A stretch of DNA of 64,000 bases from an uncultured Chloroflexia bacterium (GTDB lineage Bacteria; Chloroflexota; Dehalococcoidia; SM23-28-2; RBG-16-64-32). Of this stretch, positions 54,280-64,000 are shown piece after piece (positions within the stretch are counted from its first letter, which is position 1; each line of letters begins with the position of its first letter). The translations under genes and the position numbers were made by a program. The notes beneath the pieces were generated by a model, which made no database searches, was not told the origin of the DNA, and saw only the letters and a list, made by a program, of their open reading frames with translations. The stretch is from positions 2,385,001 through 2,449,000 of the forward strand of contig CAVQVC010000001.1 of assembly GCA_963717065.1 (NCBI GenBank), written 5' to 3'.

Positions 54280-55876
54280 ATGTCCGATAACGCACAATTA
54301 GTCCTCCAGCTGATTGACCGTCCTTGTATTCATCTTCCTCGGCGTGCGGATGGGCGGCATCGGGCTGGGATTGTGGGGCGCCGCGGGCGTAGTCTTCTTT
54401 GCGTTCGTCCTGCAAGAGCAGCCGGGCGAACCGCCGATCAGCGCAATGCTGATCATCCTTGCGGTGATCACCGCCGCCTCGGCGATGCAGGCGGCGGGCG
54501 GGATGGATTACCTGGTCAAGGTTGCATCAGGAATAATTCGGGCAAATCCAAAGAACATCACGATTGTGGCGCCAATCGTGAGCTTCTTCTTCACCGTTGG
54601 CGCCGGTACCAGCAACATCTACTTCTCTCTCATCCCGGTGATCGAAGAGACCGCATACGAGAACGGCATCCGGCCAGAACGGCCGCTGGCGGCAGCGACT
54701 GTTGCCGGCGGACTCGGGATCACCGCCAGCCCGGTCTCGGCGGCGATGGCCGTGATGATTTCGCTCATGGAGCCGCTCGGCTTTGACCTGACCGACATAC
54801 TCCTGATTACGATCCCCGCCAGCCTGGTGGCCATCGTTGCCGGCTCCTTCTTCCAGAATCGCCTGGGCAAGGACCTCAAGGACGACCCCGAGTACCAGCG
54901 CCGCCTCGCCGCCGGCGAGATCGAAGCGCGCAAGGCGGATGCTACAACGATCGAGCTGAAGCCCAGGGGTCCGCTGTCCGCTTACATCTTCCTTGCGGGA
55001 GTCGCCACGATCATCGCCCTGGGATTGTTCGAGGGATTGCGGCCTGTATACGAAGTCGAGCCGGAGGTGTTCGAGCAGCTCGACGTGACGACCTGCATAC
55101 AGATCGTGATGCTCACGGTGGCGTTGCTCATCGTCCTGTTATGCGACACCAAACCTGGTGACGTTATCAAGGCCCCGGTGTTCGGGAGCGGCATGACCGG
55201 GTTGATCGCCCTCTTCGGCATAGCCTGGCTCGCCGACACGTTCGTCCAGGCCAACATGGACACCATCGTGGACGTCCTCGGCGGCCTGGTGGACAACTAC
55301 CCGATCTCATTCGCAATCGCACTGTTCGCGATGGCTGCTCTGACCACCAGCCAGTCAGCGACTACAAAGTCAATCGTGCCAATCGGAATCGCTCTATTGA
55401 TCCCTGCGCAGTTCATGATCGCCATGTGGCCATCTTTGATCGGTGTCTACTTCCTGCCGGCCAACGGCACCCAGCTTGCTGCCGTGGCGATCGACCGCAC
55501 CGGCACGACCAAGATCGGTAACGCCGTCTTGAACCACTCCTTCATGCCCAACGTGCTCTTCATGTGGGTTGTCGCGATCATCGTCGGCCTCGTGATAGCG
55601 GCGGGACTGCACGGAACAGGCACATCTAATGCGCAGGACACTGGTGGCGAGACTCCCCCGGTCGCCGAAGCGACCGCGGAACCCACACCGGAGCCCACTG
55701 CCGAAGCAACGGAGGCACCCGCGTCTGTCACTGCGACTCCAGAACCCACCGCTGAGCCCACGGACACGCCTACCGTCGAACCCACTCGCCGAACCGAACT
55801 GAGGAGGCAACATCATCGCCGAGTCCGGCGCCATCACCCTAGGAGCCCGGGAGGCGATCTCGAGACGGTACGATAG
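54280..55876 (+). pseudogene. anaerobic C4-dicarboxylate transporter (DcuA/DcuB family), apparent frameshift near 54315, with Pro/Thr/Glu-rich C-terminal tail
   Basis: MSDNAQLVLQLI then (shift) VLVFIFLGVRMGGIGLGLWGAAG...AASAMQAAGGMDYLV, which matches the Dcu N-terminus. The 3' end is uncertain (an alternative stop near 55801 in another frame). Confidence 0.75.
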
Positions 55877-55879
55877 GAG

Positions 55880-56341
55880 ATGATGATGGTACGCAAATAC
55901 ACCGGCCTGATAGTAGCTGCCTCCATGGTCGCTCTGCTTCTGTTGCTGGCAGCGTGCGACGACGAACCGACACAGGATGAGGCTAACCAGCAGTTCTGTG
56001 ACGACGTCGGCGTCTTTCTTGCGTCGCTCGGCGACCTGCGCGACATAGACAAGGACACGCCGATCAGCGAGTTCGAGGACGCTCGCGAAAACGTTCGTGT
56101 CTCCTACGACAACATGATCGCGTCCGCTGCGCAGGTCCGCGATGTGCGCCTGGACGACCTCCAGGAGGCCAACGACAACCTGCGCGCCGCCGTCGACGAC
56201 ATCGACGATGATGCCACACTCCAGGAGGCCAGAGATTCGATCAAGGACGATGTGGACGAGGTATCGAATCAGCTCAGCCAGGCGCTGAACGACGTAAACT
56301 GTGGTTCGGGCCAGGGTGGCCAGGAGCGCAGCGACGAGTAA
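55880..56341 (+). CDS. small acidic helical lipoprotein, function unknown
   Basis: Signal plus lipobox LLLAACDDE; Asp/Glu-rich, helical-looking remainder. Confidence 0.5.
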   Translation: MMMVRKYTGLIVAASMVALLLLLAACDDEPTQDEANQQFCDDVGVFLASLGDLRDIDKDTPISEFEDARENVRVSYDNMIASAAQVRDVRLDDLQEANDNLRAAVDDIDDDATLQEARDSIKDDVDEVSNQLSQALNDVNCGSGQGGQERSDE

Positions 56342-56370
56342 CGATTGGATTTGAAGGAGGATCGCCCCCA

Positions 56371-57711
56371 ATGAAAACAGAAGAACTGCGCTCCAAAGTC
56401 AAAGACATGATGCCCGAGGTGATAAGCGATCTCGAAAAGCTGGTCGCCATCCCCTCGTGCGCCTTCCCCGGATTCCCGGCGGAGCCTGTAAACGAGATGG
56501 CAAAGGTCACGACCGACCTGTTCAAGCGTTATGGGCTGGCCGACGCGCGTCTGCTCGACATTCCCGGAGGATACCCTGCTATCTACGGTGAGATTCCCGG
56601 CCCACCGGGTGCGCCGACCGTGATGATGTACGCCCACTACGATGTGCAGCCCGCCCCGAAGGAGCAGGGTTGGGACACAGAGCCGTTCGTCCCCACCCGG
56701 AAGAACGGCCGCATCTTCGGTCGCGGCGCCGCCGACGACAAGTCCGGCATCGCCGTTCACCTTGGGACTGTGAAGGCAATCGGGGCCGATTGCCCGGTGA
56801 ACCTCAAGCTCATCGTTGAAGGGGAGGAAGAGACGGTCAGCCACCTCAACGACTTCGTCTACGCCAACCCGGACCTGTTCCAGGCCGATGCTTTCATCGT
56901 CGCCGACATGGGCAACCTGGCGCCGGGCGAACCCGCCGTCACGGCGACTCTGCGCGGGCATGTCCACTGCATCGTGGAGGTCAGCACGCTGGACCACCCG
57001 CTGCACTCTGGTGAGTTCGGTGGCGTCGCCCCTGACGCCTGGGTCGCGCTGATCCGGATGCTCGCGACGCTCCACGATGACGACGGAGAGGTCGCGGTCA
57101 AGGGCCTGCGCTCGTTTGACTGGGAGGGCGGCGACTACCCTGAGAAGACGTACCGGGAAACGTCCGCCATCCTCGACGGTGTGCAACTCATCGGCAAGGG
57201 CACTGTCGGTTCGCGCCTCTGGTCGAAGCCGTCGATCAGCGTGCTGGGCATGGATATCCCGTCTGTGGCTGAAGCGTCGAACATCCTTCACCCGGTGGCG
57301 CGTGCACGTATCGGCATGCGGATCGCTCCGGGCTCAGACAAGGCCAAAGAGCTCGACACCTTGATGAAGCACCTGCACTCCGTGGCGCCATGGGGCGTCC
57401 ACGTAAAGACGGAGCCCGGGAAGGTGTCGAACGGCTTCGAGGTCGAGATGGAGCGGAAGGCCGTCCAGGCCGCACAAGCCGCCCTGACCGATGCCTATGG
57501 CAAGCCGGCCGGTGTCTGTGGGTCCGGCGGCTCGATCCCGCTCCTGGACATCCTTAAGGAAGTCGCGCCCAAGGCCGAATTCATCCTCTGGGGCGCCGAG
57601 GATCTTGCCCTGTCACGCATACACGCCTCCAACGAGAGTGTGGATCCCAGCGAAATCGAGAACATGATCCTGGCTCAGTCATTGTTTCTGCAAAAACTCG
57701 GGGCGAAGTAG
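56371..57711 (+). CDS. M20-family dipeptidase
   Basis: 446 aa; MMYAHYDVQP, RGAADDKSG, EGEEE, dimerisation lid region. Confidence 0.85.
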   Translation: MKTEELRSKVKDMMPEVISDLEKLVAIPSCAFPGFPAEPVNEMAKVTTDLFKRYGLADARLLDIPGGYPAIYGEIPGPPGAPTVMMYAHYDVQPAPKEQGWDTEPFVPTRKNGRIFGRGAADDKSGIAVHLGTVKAIGADCPVNLKLIVEGEEETVSHLNDFVYANPDLFQADAFIVADMGNLAPGEPAVTATLRGHVHCIVEVSTLDHPLHSGEFGGVAPDAWVALIRMLATLHDDDGEVAVKGLRSFDWEGGDYPEKTYRETSAILDGVQLIGKGTVGSRLWSKPSISVLGMDIPSVAEASNILHPVARARIGMRIAPGSDKAKELDTLMKHLHSVAPWGVHVKTEPGKVSNGFEVEMERKAVQAAQAALTDAYGKPAGVCGSGGSIPLLDILKEVAPKAEFILWGAEDLALSRIHASNESVDPSEIENMILAQSLFLQKLGAK

Positions 57712-57759
57712 AATCGGTCAGCTGCGGGATTACCCGTAGCGTGCCTGGAAGACGCAGGC

Positions 57760-58497
57760 GTGGAAGTATCACCAGTTGAGGTCCCGACCGGGGTCGACCT
57801 CCTCGCGGTCTTCGTCGCTGGTATTGCTGGCGCGCTGATCGCCGCGCGTCACGACTTTGATATAACGGGCGTGATATTCCTGGCGGTGATTTCTGGTCTT
57901 GGCGGAGGAATCCTGCGCGACACCCTCATACAGAGGGGCACGCCCGTCGCATTCACGAACAGTGATTACCTCATTGTGGCCTTTGTGGCGGCGACGATAG
58001 GCTTTTTTTTCTCCAAGCGAATGGGCCGCGCCGACTGGGTGTTCACGATGTTCAGCGCCTTATCGTTGGGTCTATATACACTCGTCGGCGTGCAGAAGGG
58101 TCTCGATGCCGACCTTCCGACCCTTAGCGTGTTAATGCTCGGTATCATCACGGCGGCCGGTGGTGGAATTCTGCTCGACGTCTTGCTGACAAGGACCCCA
58201 ACCGCATTCCTCCCAGGCGCACCCTACGCCTTGCTGAGTCTTCTTGGCGGCATCATGGTTGTCATCTTGGACGCGCTGGATATCAACGAGAAGTGGCTAT
58301 GGTGGATGCCCGTAGTCATCGTGGTCGCGCTGCGATTCCTGGCACTACGCCTGGGCTGGCAGACCCCGGTGGCTACAGATCTTCCCGCGCATGTGCAGAC
58401 AATGGTCCCCACGCCCACTATGCCGGCCAGGATCAGGCTGCCACGCGTACGGCGGCAGAGGTCAAAGGGAGAGGAGCAGACAGACGATGGCGACTGA
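57760..58497 (+). CDS. TRIC/UPF0126-family cation channel (two glycine-transporter repeats)
   Basis: Duplicated GGGILRDTL / GGGILLDVL motifs in a 7-TM-like hydrophobic protein. Confidence 0.8.
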   Translation: MEVSPVEVPTGVDLLAVFVAGIAGALIAARHDFDITGVIFLAVISGLGGGILRDTLIQRGTPVAFTNSDYLIVAFVAATIGFFFSKRMGRADWVFTMFSALSLGLYTLVGVQKGLDADLPTLSVLMLGIITAAGGGILLDVLLTRTPTAFLPGAPYALLSLLGGIMVVILDALDINEKWLWWMPVVIVVALRFLALRLGWQTPVATDLPAHVQTMVPTPTMPARIRLPRVRRQRSKGEEQTDDGD

Positions 58498-59815
58498 ATC
58501 TACCGGGAATCCGCCGGAGACGCCGAAGGGGATGTCCGTCGTCGGCGCCACCGTCCTCGGAATAGGCGCGATGATCGGAGCAGGGATATTCGCGCTCCTG
58601 GGCGAAGCCGGCACAATGGCCGGTGCAGCCGTGTGGATATCGTTCCTCCTGGGCGCCATCGTCACGTCCCTTCTCGCGTACGTATGCGTGAAGCTAGGCA
58701 TGCGCTTCCCCTCCTCCGGTGGTCTGATCACCTTTCTTGCGGAGGGATTTGGCAAGGGTCGGATCGTCGGGGTCTGTTCGTGGCTTGGGTACATTTCGGC
58801 GATGGTGATCACCTGTTCGCTAGTTGCCGTTTCGTTTGGCAGCTACGCGACCTCTCTCTTCATTGGTGACGACGCCGAATCATGGTGGAACAACGTCTTC
58901 ACGACAGCGCTTATCGTGGTCATGGTCCTCGTGAATATGGTCGGCGCCGCATTCGTGGCGCGCGCCCAGTCAGTGATTGTGGCGCTCGTACTTGCCTCCT
59001 TCGCCTTCTTCATCGCCGTAACGTTTCCCTCAATCGACTTTGATCTGCTTGCGTTCGACGGCTATCCATCGCTCTCGAAAATCGTGGCCAGCGTGGCACT
59101 GACCTTCTTCGCTTACATCGGCTTTAACGTGATTACGTTCGCCGCCGGTGACTTGCGCGATCCGCCGCATGATCTGCCGCGCGCGATGTCCGGCGCCGTC
59201 GGCATCACGGCGGTTACGTACGTCCTGATCGCCCTGTGCGTATTTGGCACGCTCACTGTAGCCGAAGTCGTTGGCTACGGAGAAACCGCGATCGCCGAGG
59301 CGGCGCGGCCGGAGCTCGGCGACGCCGGTTTCACGCTTATGGCGGCCACGGCCATGCTCTCCACGGCGGGCGCCACCAACTCCATGCTCTACGCGTCGGG
59401 TAACCTCACCAGTACGCTGGCGAAGGACGGTACCTTTCCGCCCTTCTTCGGCGCTGGTTCGCCACTCGGCCCAAAGGCCGGTTTGATCATCAGCGCCGCT
59501 GTCATACTGGTGGTCGCCAACGTTGTCGATCTATCTGCGATAGCCTCGGTTGGCAGCGCCACCGCCCTCGTGCTATTCCTGTTCGTTGGAACCGCCGGAT
59601 ACCGAAGACGCGCCGACACCGGCAGTAACCCGGCTATTATCGTATTGGCCCTGGCGGTGACCGCGGGCGTTCTCGGGTTCTTCGCCGTGGACACTGCCCG
59701 CAACGACCCGGAGACGTTCGGAGCAATCATCGCGATATTCGTAATCGCGATCGGCATCGACACAGCCTGGACGTGGTATCGGGAAAACCGGCTCGAACCT
59801 GTTGCTGCGGGCTGA
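58487..59815 (+). CDS. APC-superfamily amino acid permease
   Basis: Start at ATG 58487 after GGGAGAGGAG. GIGAMIGAGIFALLGEAG motif, 12 predicted TM helices. Confidence 0.85.
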   Translation: MATESTGNPPETPKGMSVVGATVLGIGAMIGAGIFALLGEAGTMAGAAVWISFLLGAIVTSLLAYVCVKLGMRFPSSGGLITFLAEGFGKGRIVGVCSWLGYISAMVITCSLVAVSFGSYATSLFIGDDAESWWNNVFTTALIVVMVLVNMVGAAFVARAQSVIVALVLASFAFFIAVTFPSIDFDLLAFDGYPSLSKIVASVALTFFAYIGFNVITFAAGDLRDPPHDLPRAMSGAVGITAVTYVLIALCVFGTLTVAEVVGYGETAIAEAARPELGDAGFTLMAATAMLSTAGATNSMLYASGNLTSTLAKDGTFPPFFGAGSPLGPKAGLIISAAVILVVANVVDLSAIASVGSATALVLFLFVGTAGYRRRADTGSNPAIIVLALAVTAGVLGFFAVDTARNDPETFGAIIAIFVIAIGIDTAWTWYRENRLEPVAAG

Positions 59816-59865
59816 ACTGGCTCAGGCGCCGCTGCCCGGCTCCCCGTAGCCTGCCCTCTTGACGC

Positions 59866-60552
59866 GTGCCGTATGATATTTTTCGCGAGGTACGAATCAA
59901 CATGATATTCAGACGACACCAGCCCACCATGATCACGCCCGAGGAGGCGCTGCCCGGCCGCGACCGGCCCGCCTTCGCCGTGCCTGAACGCCACGAGGTT
60001 CTCGGCACGCCGATCCAGCCGCCGTTCCCGGACGCGATCGAGACGGCGGTGTTCGCGCTCGGCTGCTTCTGGGGCGCGGAGCGGCTGTTCTGGCAGATGC
60101 CGGGCGTCTACACGACGGCGGTCGGCTACAGCGGCGGCGTTACGCCGAACCCGACGTACGAAGAGGCCTGCTCCGGCCGCACCGGCCACGCCGAGGCCGT
60201 CCTCGTCGCTTTCGACCCGAAGCTGGTCTCGTACGAGTCGCTGCTGAAGACTTTCTTCGAGGAGCACGACCCGACCCAGGGGATGCGCCAGGGCAACGAC
60301 ATCGGCACCCAGTACCGGTCTGCGATCTACTACACGACCGAGGAGCAGCGGCTCGCCGCCGAAGCGGCGCGCGACATGTACAACGATGCCCTCAAGGAGC
60401 GGGGCTTCGACCCCATCACGACGGAGATCGCACCGGCAGGCCCCTTCTACTATGCCGAGGACTACCACCAGCAGTACCTGCACAAGGTCCCGCACGGCTA
60501 CTGCGGCCTCCAGGGTACGGGCGTCAGCTGCAACGTGGGAGCGGCGACGTGA
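59866..60552 (+). CDS. msrA: peptide-methionine (S)-S-oxide reductase
   Basis: [12 protein letters not shown] active site, [18 protein letters not shown]. Confidence 0.92.
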   Translation: MPYDIFREVRINMIFRRHQPTMITPEEALPGRDRPAFAVPERHEVLGTPIQPPFPDAIETAVFALGCFWGAERLFWQMPGVYTTAVGYSGGVTPNPTYEEACSGRTGHAEAVLVAFDPKLVSYESLLKTFFEEHDPTQGMRQGNDIGTQYRSAIYYTTEEQRLAAEAARDMYNDALKERGFDPITTEIAPAGPFYYAEDYHQQYLHKVPHGYCGLQGTGVSCNVGAAT

Positions 60553-60962
60553 GCGAGCGCGGCCTGAAGGACCTCCCCGGCACCGACGAAGAGTGGCGGC
60601 AGCGCCTGACGCCGGCCCAGTACGCCGTCCTGCGAGAGGCCGGCACCGAGCGCGCCTTCACGGGCGCCTACACCGACACCGAGGACCCCGGCCTCTACCG
60701 CTGCGGCGCCTGCGGTAACCCGCTCTTTAACAGCGACACCAAGTACCACTCCGGCTGCGGCTGGCCCAGCTTCACCGAGACCGTGTCACCGGACGCCGTC
60801 GAATTGATCGAGGATACCTCGCACAGCATGCGGCGGACCGAAGTCCGCTGCTCCCGCTGTCACTCGCACCTGGGCCACGTCTTCGACGACGGGCCGCGCG
60901 ACCGCGGCGGCCTGCGCTACTGCATGAACAGCCTGTCCCTGGATCTCGAACCGGTCGCGTAG
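60549..60962 (+). CDS. msrB: peptide-methionine (R)-S-oxide reductase
   Basis: CGACGNPLF and [16 protein letters not shown] zinc/catalytic motifs, RYCMNS. GTGA overlap with msrA. Confidence 0.92.
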   Translation: MSERGLKDLPGTDEEWRQRLTPAQYAVLREAGTERAFTGAYTDTEDPGLYRCGACGNPLFNSDTKYHSGCGWPSFTETVSPDAVELIEDTSHSMRRTEVRCSRCHSHLGHVFDDGPRDRGGLRYCMNSLSLDLEPVA

Positions 60963-61001
60963 CGCCGATCCGAGGAACCCACCACCCGCGACTGTTCTCC
61001 C

Positions 61002-61733
61002 TCATTCGATTGTGACGAGGAAGAACGCGGCCATGAAGCCCAGCGTCGTCGCGAGGCCGACGTATTTGCCGCCGTGCTCGAACGCTTCCGGCATCATCGT
61101 GTCGGCGAGCATCGTAAGTATGGCGCCGGCGGCGAAGGCGTCCACGAAGGCGATCATGTTAGGCGAGGCGTCGTCCAGGAGACCGAAGCCGATGGCCGCG
61201 GCGGCGGCGCTGGCGAGGGCGACACCGGACCACATCCCGTACAGAGTGGCGGGCCGCCATCCGCTGGCAGCCAGGCCGGAGGTGGCAGCGATCGACTCCG
61301 GGAGGTTGGAGAGAAATATCGCCGCCAGCACGGCGATGCTGACGCCGCCGCCATCGATCAGCGTCAGGCCGAGGACGACTGACTCGGGAATGCCGTCGAG
61401 GACTGCGCCGAGCACGATCGCCAGGGACGATCCCTCCGCCTGCGCGCCGCTTGATCTCTTTCGGTCCTTCCCGCCCCTGTAGTCGATGAAGGCGTCGCCG
61501 GCAAAGAACGTCAGAGCGCCCGCGAGCAGACCGATCCCTACGATAACGTTCCCGTCAGACGTGTTGAAGGCTTCCAGCACCAGGTCATACGCCACGGCGC
61601 TTATCAGCACGCCGGCGCCGAAGGCCATGATCAAGCCCAGGGTCAACTTGCTGATGGAGACGTTGAGGGCGAGAACCGCGCCGATAAGGAGAGACGAGGC
61701 CGCCAGGAACCCCCAGGCAAAGGCTTCGATCAA
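61002..61733 (-). CDS. ZIP-family metal transporter
   Basis: 243 aa, 8 hydrophobic helices, LDGIPESVVLGL and SNLPESIAA motifs. Confidence 0.85.
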   Translation of the reverse strand: MIEAFAWGFLAASSLLIGAVLALNVSISKLTLGLIMAFGAGVLISAVAYDLVLEAFNTSDGNVIVGIGLLAGALTFFAGDAFIDYRGGKDRKRSSGAQAEGSSLAIVLGAVLDGIPESVVLGLTLIDGGGVSIAVLAAIFLSNLPESIAATSGLAASGWRPATLYGMWSGVALASAAAAAIGFGLLDDASPNMIAFVDAFAAGAILTMLADTMMPEAFEHGGKYVGLATTLGFMAAFFLVTIE

Positions 61734-61896
61734 GGTTGGAACCGCCTCTCACAAGATAGGAAGTTGACAGTACTATCGGGAATTACATGTGGAGTCGTCA
61801 ATCTAAGCGTGCTATGCTCTTTCGCGCCCGTCGTTGCCGGAATCACGGTTCGCCCTCACGACGCTATATACTCCGCCAAGCCAGGGAGGAACCCGC

Positions 61897-62256
61897 ATGA
61901 TCCAATTAATCGAGGACACACCCGCAGGCGTCCTGGCGTTCAAAGCCGTAGGGAAGGTCGAGGCCGCTGACTACGACGTTCTCAGGCCGGCTGTCGAGCA
62001 AGGGATCAAGGACCATGGGAAGGTGCGGATCGTTTTCCAGATGGGCTCAGAATTCGAGGGATACACGGCAGGCGCCGCCTGGGAGGACGCGAAGCTCTGG
62101 GCGCCTCACCTCACAAGTTGGGAGCGCTGCGCCGTCGTCACGAACCACACGTTCATGGCCGACGCGATAAAGGCTTTCAGTGTCATTATGCCTGGAGAGA
62201 TCAAAGTATTCGGGGTGGATGAACTGGACCAGGCGCTCGCCTGGGCGGCCGCATGA
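61897..62256 (+). CDS. STAS/SpoIIAA-like (DUF3478) protein
   Basis: ATG 61897 after AGGGAGGA. GVLAFKAVGKVEAADY...RIVFQMG...W.DAKLW pattern. Confidence 0.6.
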   Translation: MIQLIEDTPAGVLAFKAVGKVEAADYDVLRPAVEQGIKDHGKVRIVFQMGSEFEGYTAGAAWEDAKLWAPHLTSWERCAVVTNHTFMADAIKAFSVIMPGEIKVFGVDELDQALAWAAA

Positions 62257-62294
62257 GGTCTGCCTCCTCCGTGGATTTCCTTGGGTAGGCGCAT

Positions 62295-63245
62295 TTGAAA
62301 ACGTCGCAGGACTCAAGCGCGGTGTCCCAGAAAGGCATGGTGTGGATACCGGGCGGCGTTTTCGATATGGGCTCGAATGATCACTACCCGGAAGAGGCCC
62401 CGGTGCGCGAGGCGAAGGTCGGCGGGTTCTGGATGGACGAGCACCCGGCGACGAACCTGGAGTTCACGCGGTTCGTGAAGGCGACAGGGCACGTGACTTT
62501 CGCCGAGTTGCCGCCGGACCCGGAGAAGTACCCCGGCGCGAAGCCGGAGATGCTGGTCGCGGGGTCGATCGTGTTCAAAAAGTCGTCGGGCCCGGTGGAC
62601 CTGCGCTACCCGTACAACTGGTGGGACTGGAAGAAGGGCGCCGACTGGCGTCACCCCGAAGGGCCCGGAAGCTCGCTGCATGGACGAGAGCGGCATCCGG
62701 TGGTGCACGTGGCGTACAGCGACGCGGAGGCTTACGCGAAGTGGGCGGGCAAGGAGCTGCCGACGGAGGCGGAGTGGGAGTTCGCGGCCCGCGGAGGACT
62801 CGATGGGGCCGAATACGCCTGGGGCTCCGAGATGATGCCAAAGGGCAAGGCGATGGCGAACACTTGGCAGGGGGAGTTCCCGTACGAAAACCTGCTGCTT
62901 GATGGGTACGAGGGAACCTCGCCCGTGGGTACGTTTCCGGCCAACGGGTACGGGCTGCTGGACATGATCGGGAACGTCTGGGAGTGGACGACCGACTGGT
63001 ACACCTCGAACCATGACGCCGCGGCGCCCTGCTGCGGTGCTGACCCGCGAGAGGAGAGCATAGACCCGAACGACGTTGCAAAGGTGCCGCGGAGGGTGAT
63101 GAAGGGCGGGTCGCACCTCTGCGCGCCGAATTACTGCCGGCGCTACCGCCCCGCGGCGCGTATGGCCGAGCCCATCGACACCTCGACCTGCCACCTGGGG
63201 TTTCGTTGCATTATCCGAGCCGACCAGGCGAACAGCGCAGAATAG
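62295..63245 (+). CDS. formylglycine-generating enzyme (SUMF1) family protein
   Basis: MVWIPGGVFDMGS, HPVVHVAYSDAEAYAKWAGKELPTEAEWEFAARGG, GNVWEWT, RVMKGGSHLC. Confidence 0.85.
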   Translation: MKTSQDSSAVSQKGMVWIPGGVFDMGSNDHYPEEAPVREAKVGGFWMDEHPATNLEFTRFVKATGHVTFAELPPDPEKYPGAKPEMLVAGSIVFKKSSGPVDLRYPYNWWDWKKGADWRHPEGPGSSLHGRERHPVVHVAYSDAEAYAKWAGKELPTEAEWEFAARGGLDGAEYAWGSEMMPKGKAMANTWQGEFPYENLLLDGYEGTSPVGTFPANGYGLLDMIGNVWEWTTDWYTSNHDAAAPCCGADPREESIDPNDVAKVPRRVMKGGSHLCAPNYCRRYRPAARMAEPIDTSTCHLGFRCIIRADQANSAE

Positions 63246-63340
63246 CATGGACCCGGAAGTCGGGCCCTCCGGACTTACTACCGAGCTCCTACTTCACACG
63301 TCGTAACGCCCCCGCCCCCGCGAGCATCCTCTTTATACGG

Positions 63341-64000
63341 ATGAGTGCGCTCGCAAACACACGCCCCAGCGGTTTCTCCATCAGCCACCTCCTGACGTGG
63401 CCGGTTCGCCATGTCCGCTGGAAGATCGTGTTGCCGTACGCGCTTCTTACCGTGATCCTCGCAGTCGCTGGCAGCTACATCGCTACGCGCCTCGTCACCA
63501 GCTCCCTCTCCGACCGCTTCGACAACCAGCTCGCCGAGGCCGGGCGCGTAGTTTCCGACTCCGTCGTCCGCAAGGAGCGCCAGCACCTGACGGTCGTGCG
63601 CTCCGTGGCCTTCACCGAAGGCCTCGCGCAAGCCGTGGAGGCTAAAGACACAACCACGGTCTCGCGACTCGTCGATCCCATCGCCGGCAACGCCAAGATC
63701 GAGCGCCTCGAGGTGCTCGACGCCACCGGCGCGCGGATGAAGACGATGGAGCTTACCGACCCGGATACGCTCACCTACAGCGAAGTCAATGACACCGACG
63801 ACCCGTCCGCCTGGCCGCTCGTGCAGAAAGTGCTATCAGGAGAGAGCGACGAGTTGGGCGACAAGTACGCTCAGATCGTCCAGACTGCGGAAGGCTTCGT
63901 CTTCTACACTGCCGGCCCAGTGAAAGATGGGAACAATACCGTCGGCGTCGTCCTCGTCGGCACAACGCTCGAATCATTCGTCATCCAGGCCAAGACCGAG
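63341..64000 (+). CDS. 5' part of a membrane sensor protein (TM helix + extracytoplasmic sensor domain), continues beyond window
   Basis: Open frame from ATG 63341 to the window end with no stop: MSALANTRPSGFSISHLLTWPVRHVRWKIVLPYALLTVILAVAGSYIATRLV... then a soluble domain. Absent from the ORF track, presumably because it has no stop. Confidence 0.5.
   Translation, partial: MSALANTRPSGFSISHLLTWPVRHVRWKIVLPYALLTVILAVAGSYIATRLVTSSLSDRFDNQLAEAGRVVSDSVVRKERQHLTVVRSVAFTEGLAQAVEAKDTTTVSRLVDPIAGNAKIERLEVLDATGARMKTMELTDPDTLTYSEVNDTDDPSAWPLVQKVLSGESDELGDKYAQIVQTAEGFVFYTAGPVKDGNNTVGVVLVGTTLESFVIQAKTE

Noticed and set aside
55650-55800. Possible short tandem repeat or CRISPR-like periodicity
   Set aside because: The periodicity is a 12-nt imperfect codon repeat encoding (A/T)EPT inside an open reading frame. 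There are no conserved repeat/unique spacer units. No CRISPR array is evident anywhere in the window.

Overview
High-GC (roughly two-thirds G+C by eye) bacterial chromosomal window with about 60 protein genes. I found no rRNA, tRNA, CRISPR array, transposase or integrase. Gene content fits a Chloroflexota- or Actinomycetota-like organism, but the sequence alone does not assign a taxon.

Content in order:
(i) 1-4.2 kb: minus-strand tandem array of alpha/beta-hydrolase-like + class III nucleotidyl-cyclase fusion paralogs.
(ii) Amidase with a small partner ORF, murI, cyclophilin, lipA.
(iii) OmpR-type pseudo-receiver regulator, then an amtB-glnB-glnA-glnA2 nitrogen block riddled with single-base frameshifts and preceded by a GlnR-box-like 11-bp-phased repeat.
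(iv) 14.1-21.4 kb: four co-directional secreted/surface proteins (cohesin-like membrane anchor, lectin-dockerin, beta-helix, beta-propeller). The last two share a near-identical C-terminal module.
(v) DUF1326-DUF2182-molybdoenzyme operon, MacB-type ABC pair, UbiA prenyltransferase, PAS-PAS-GGDEF.
(vi) ArsR-type regulator, dnaJ, prmA.
(vii) 34.4-38.4 kb: second, plus-strand array of three hydrolase-like/cyclase paralogs.
(viii) rsmE, SGNH hydrolase, LysM-M23 peptidase with a long leader, rho, GIY-YIG/DUF4357, purM, pyrG.
(ix) About 2.6 kb lower-GC islet with a RelE/ParE-type TA pair and orphan RHS toxin/immunity cassettes, bracketed by a duplicated gene 3' end.
(x) Peptidases, Dcu/TRIC/APC transporters, msrA-msrB, ZIP, FGE, and the start of a sensor protein.

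Most unusual:
- Seven translationally coupled pseudo-hydrolase/cyclase paralogs.
- A candidate cohesin-dockerin surface cluster.
- A 31-nt palindromic repeat family that also sits in frame inside purM and prmA.
- The RHS/TA islet.

Caveats: many conserved genes carry apparent 1-nt indels, so assembly error is a live alternative for every pseudogene call. Non-coding coordinates were anchored by hand to ORF boundaries and may be off by 1-2 nt.
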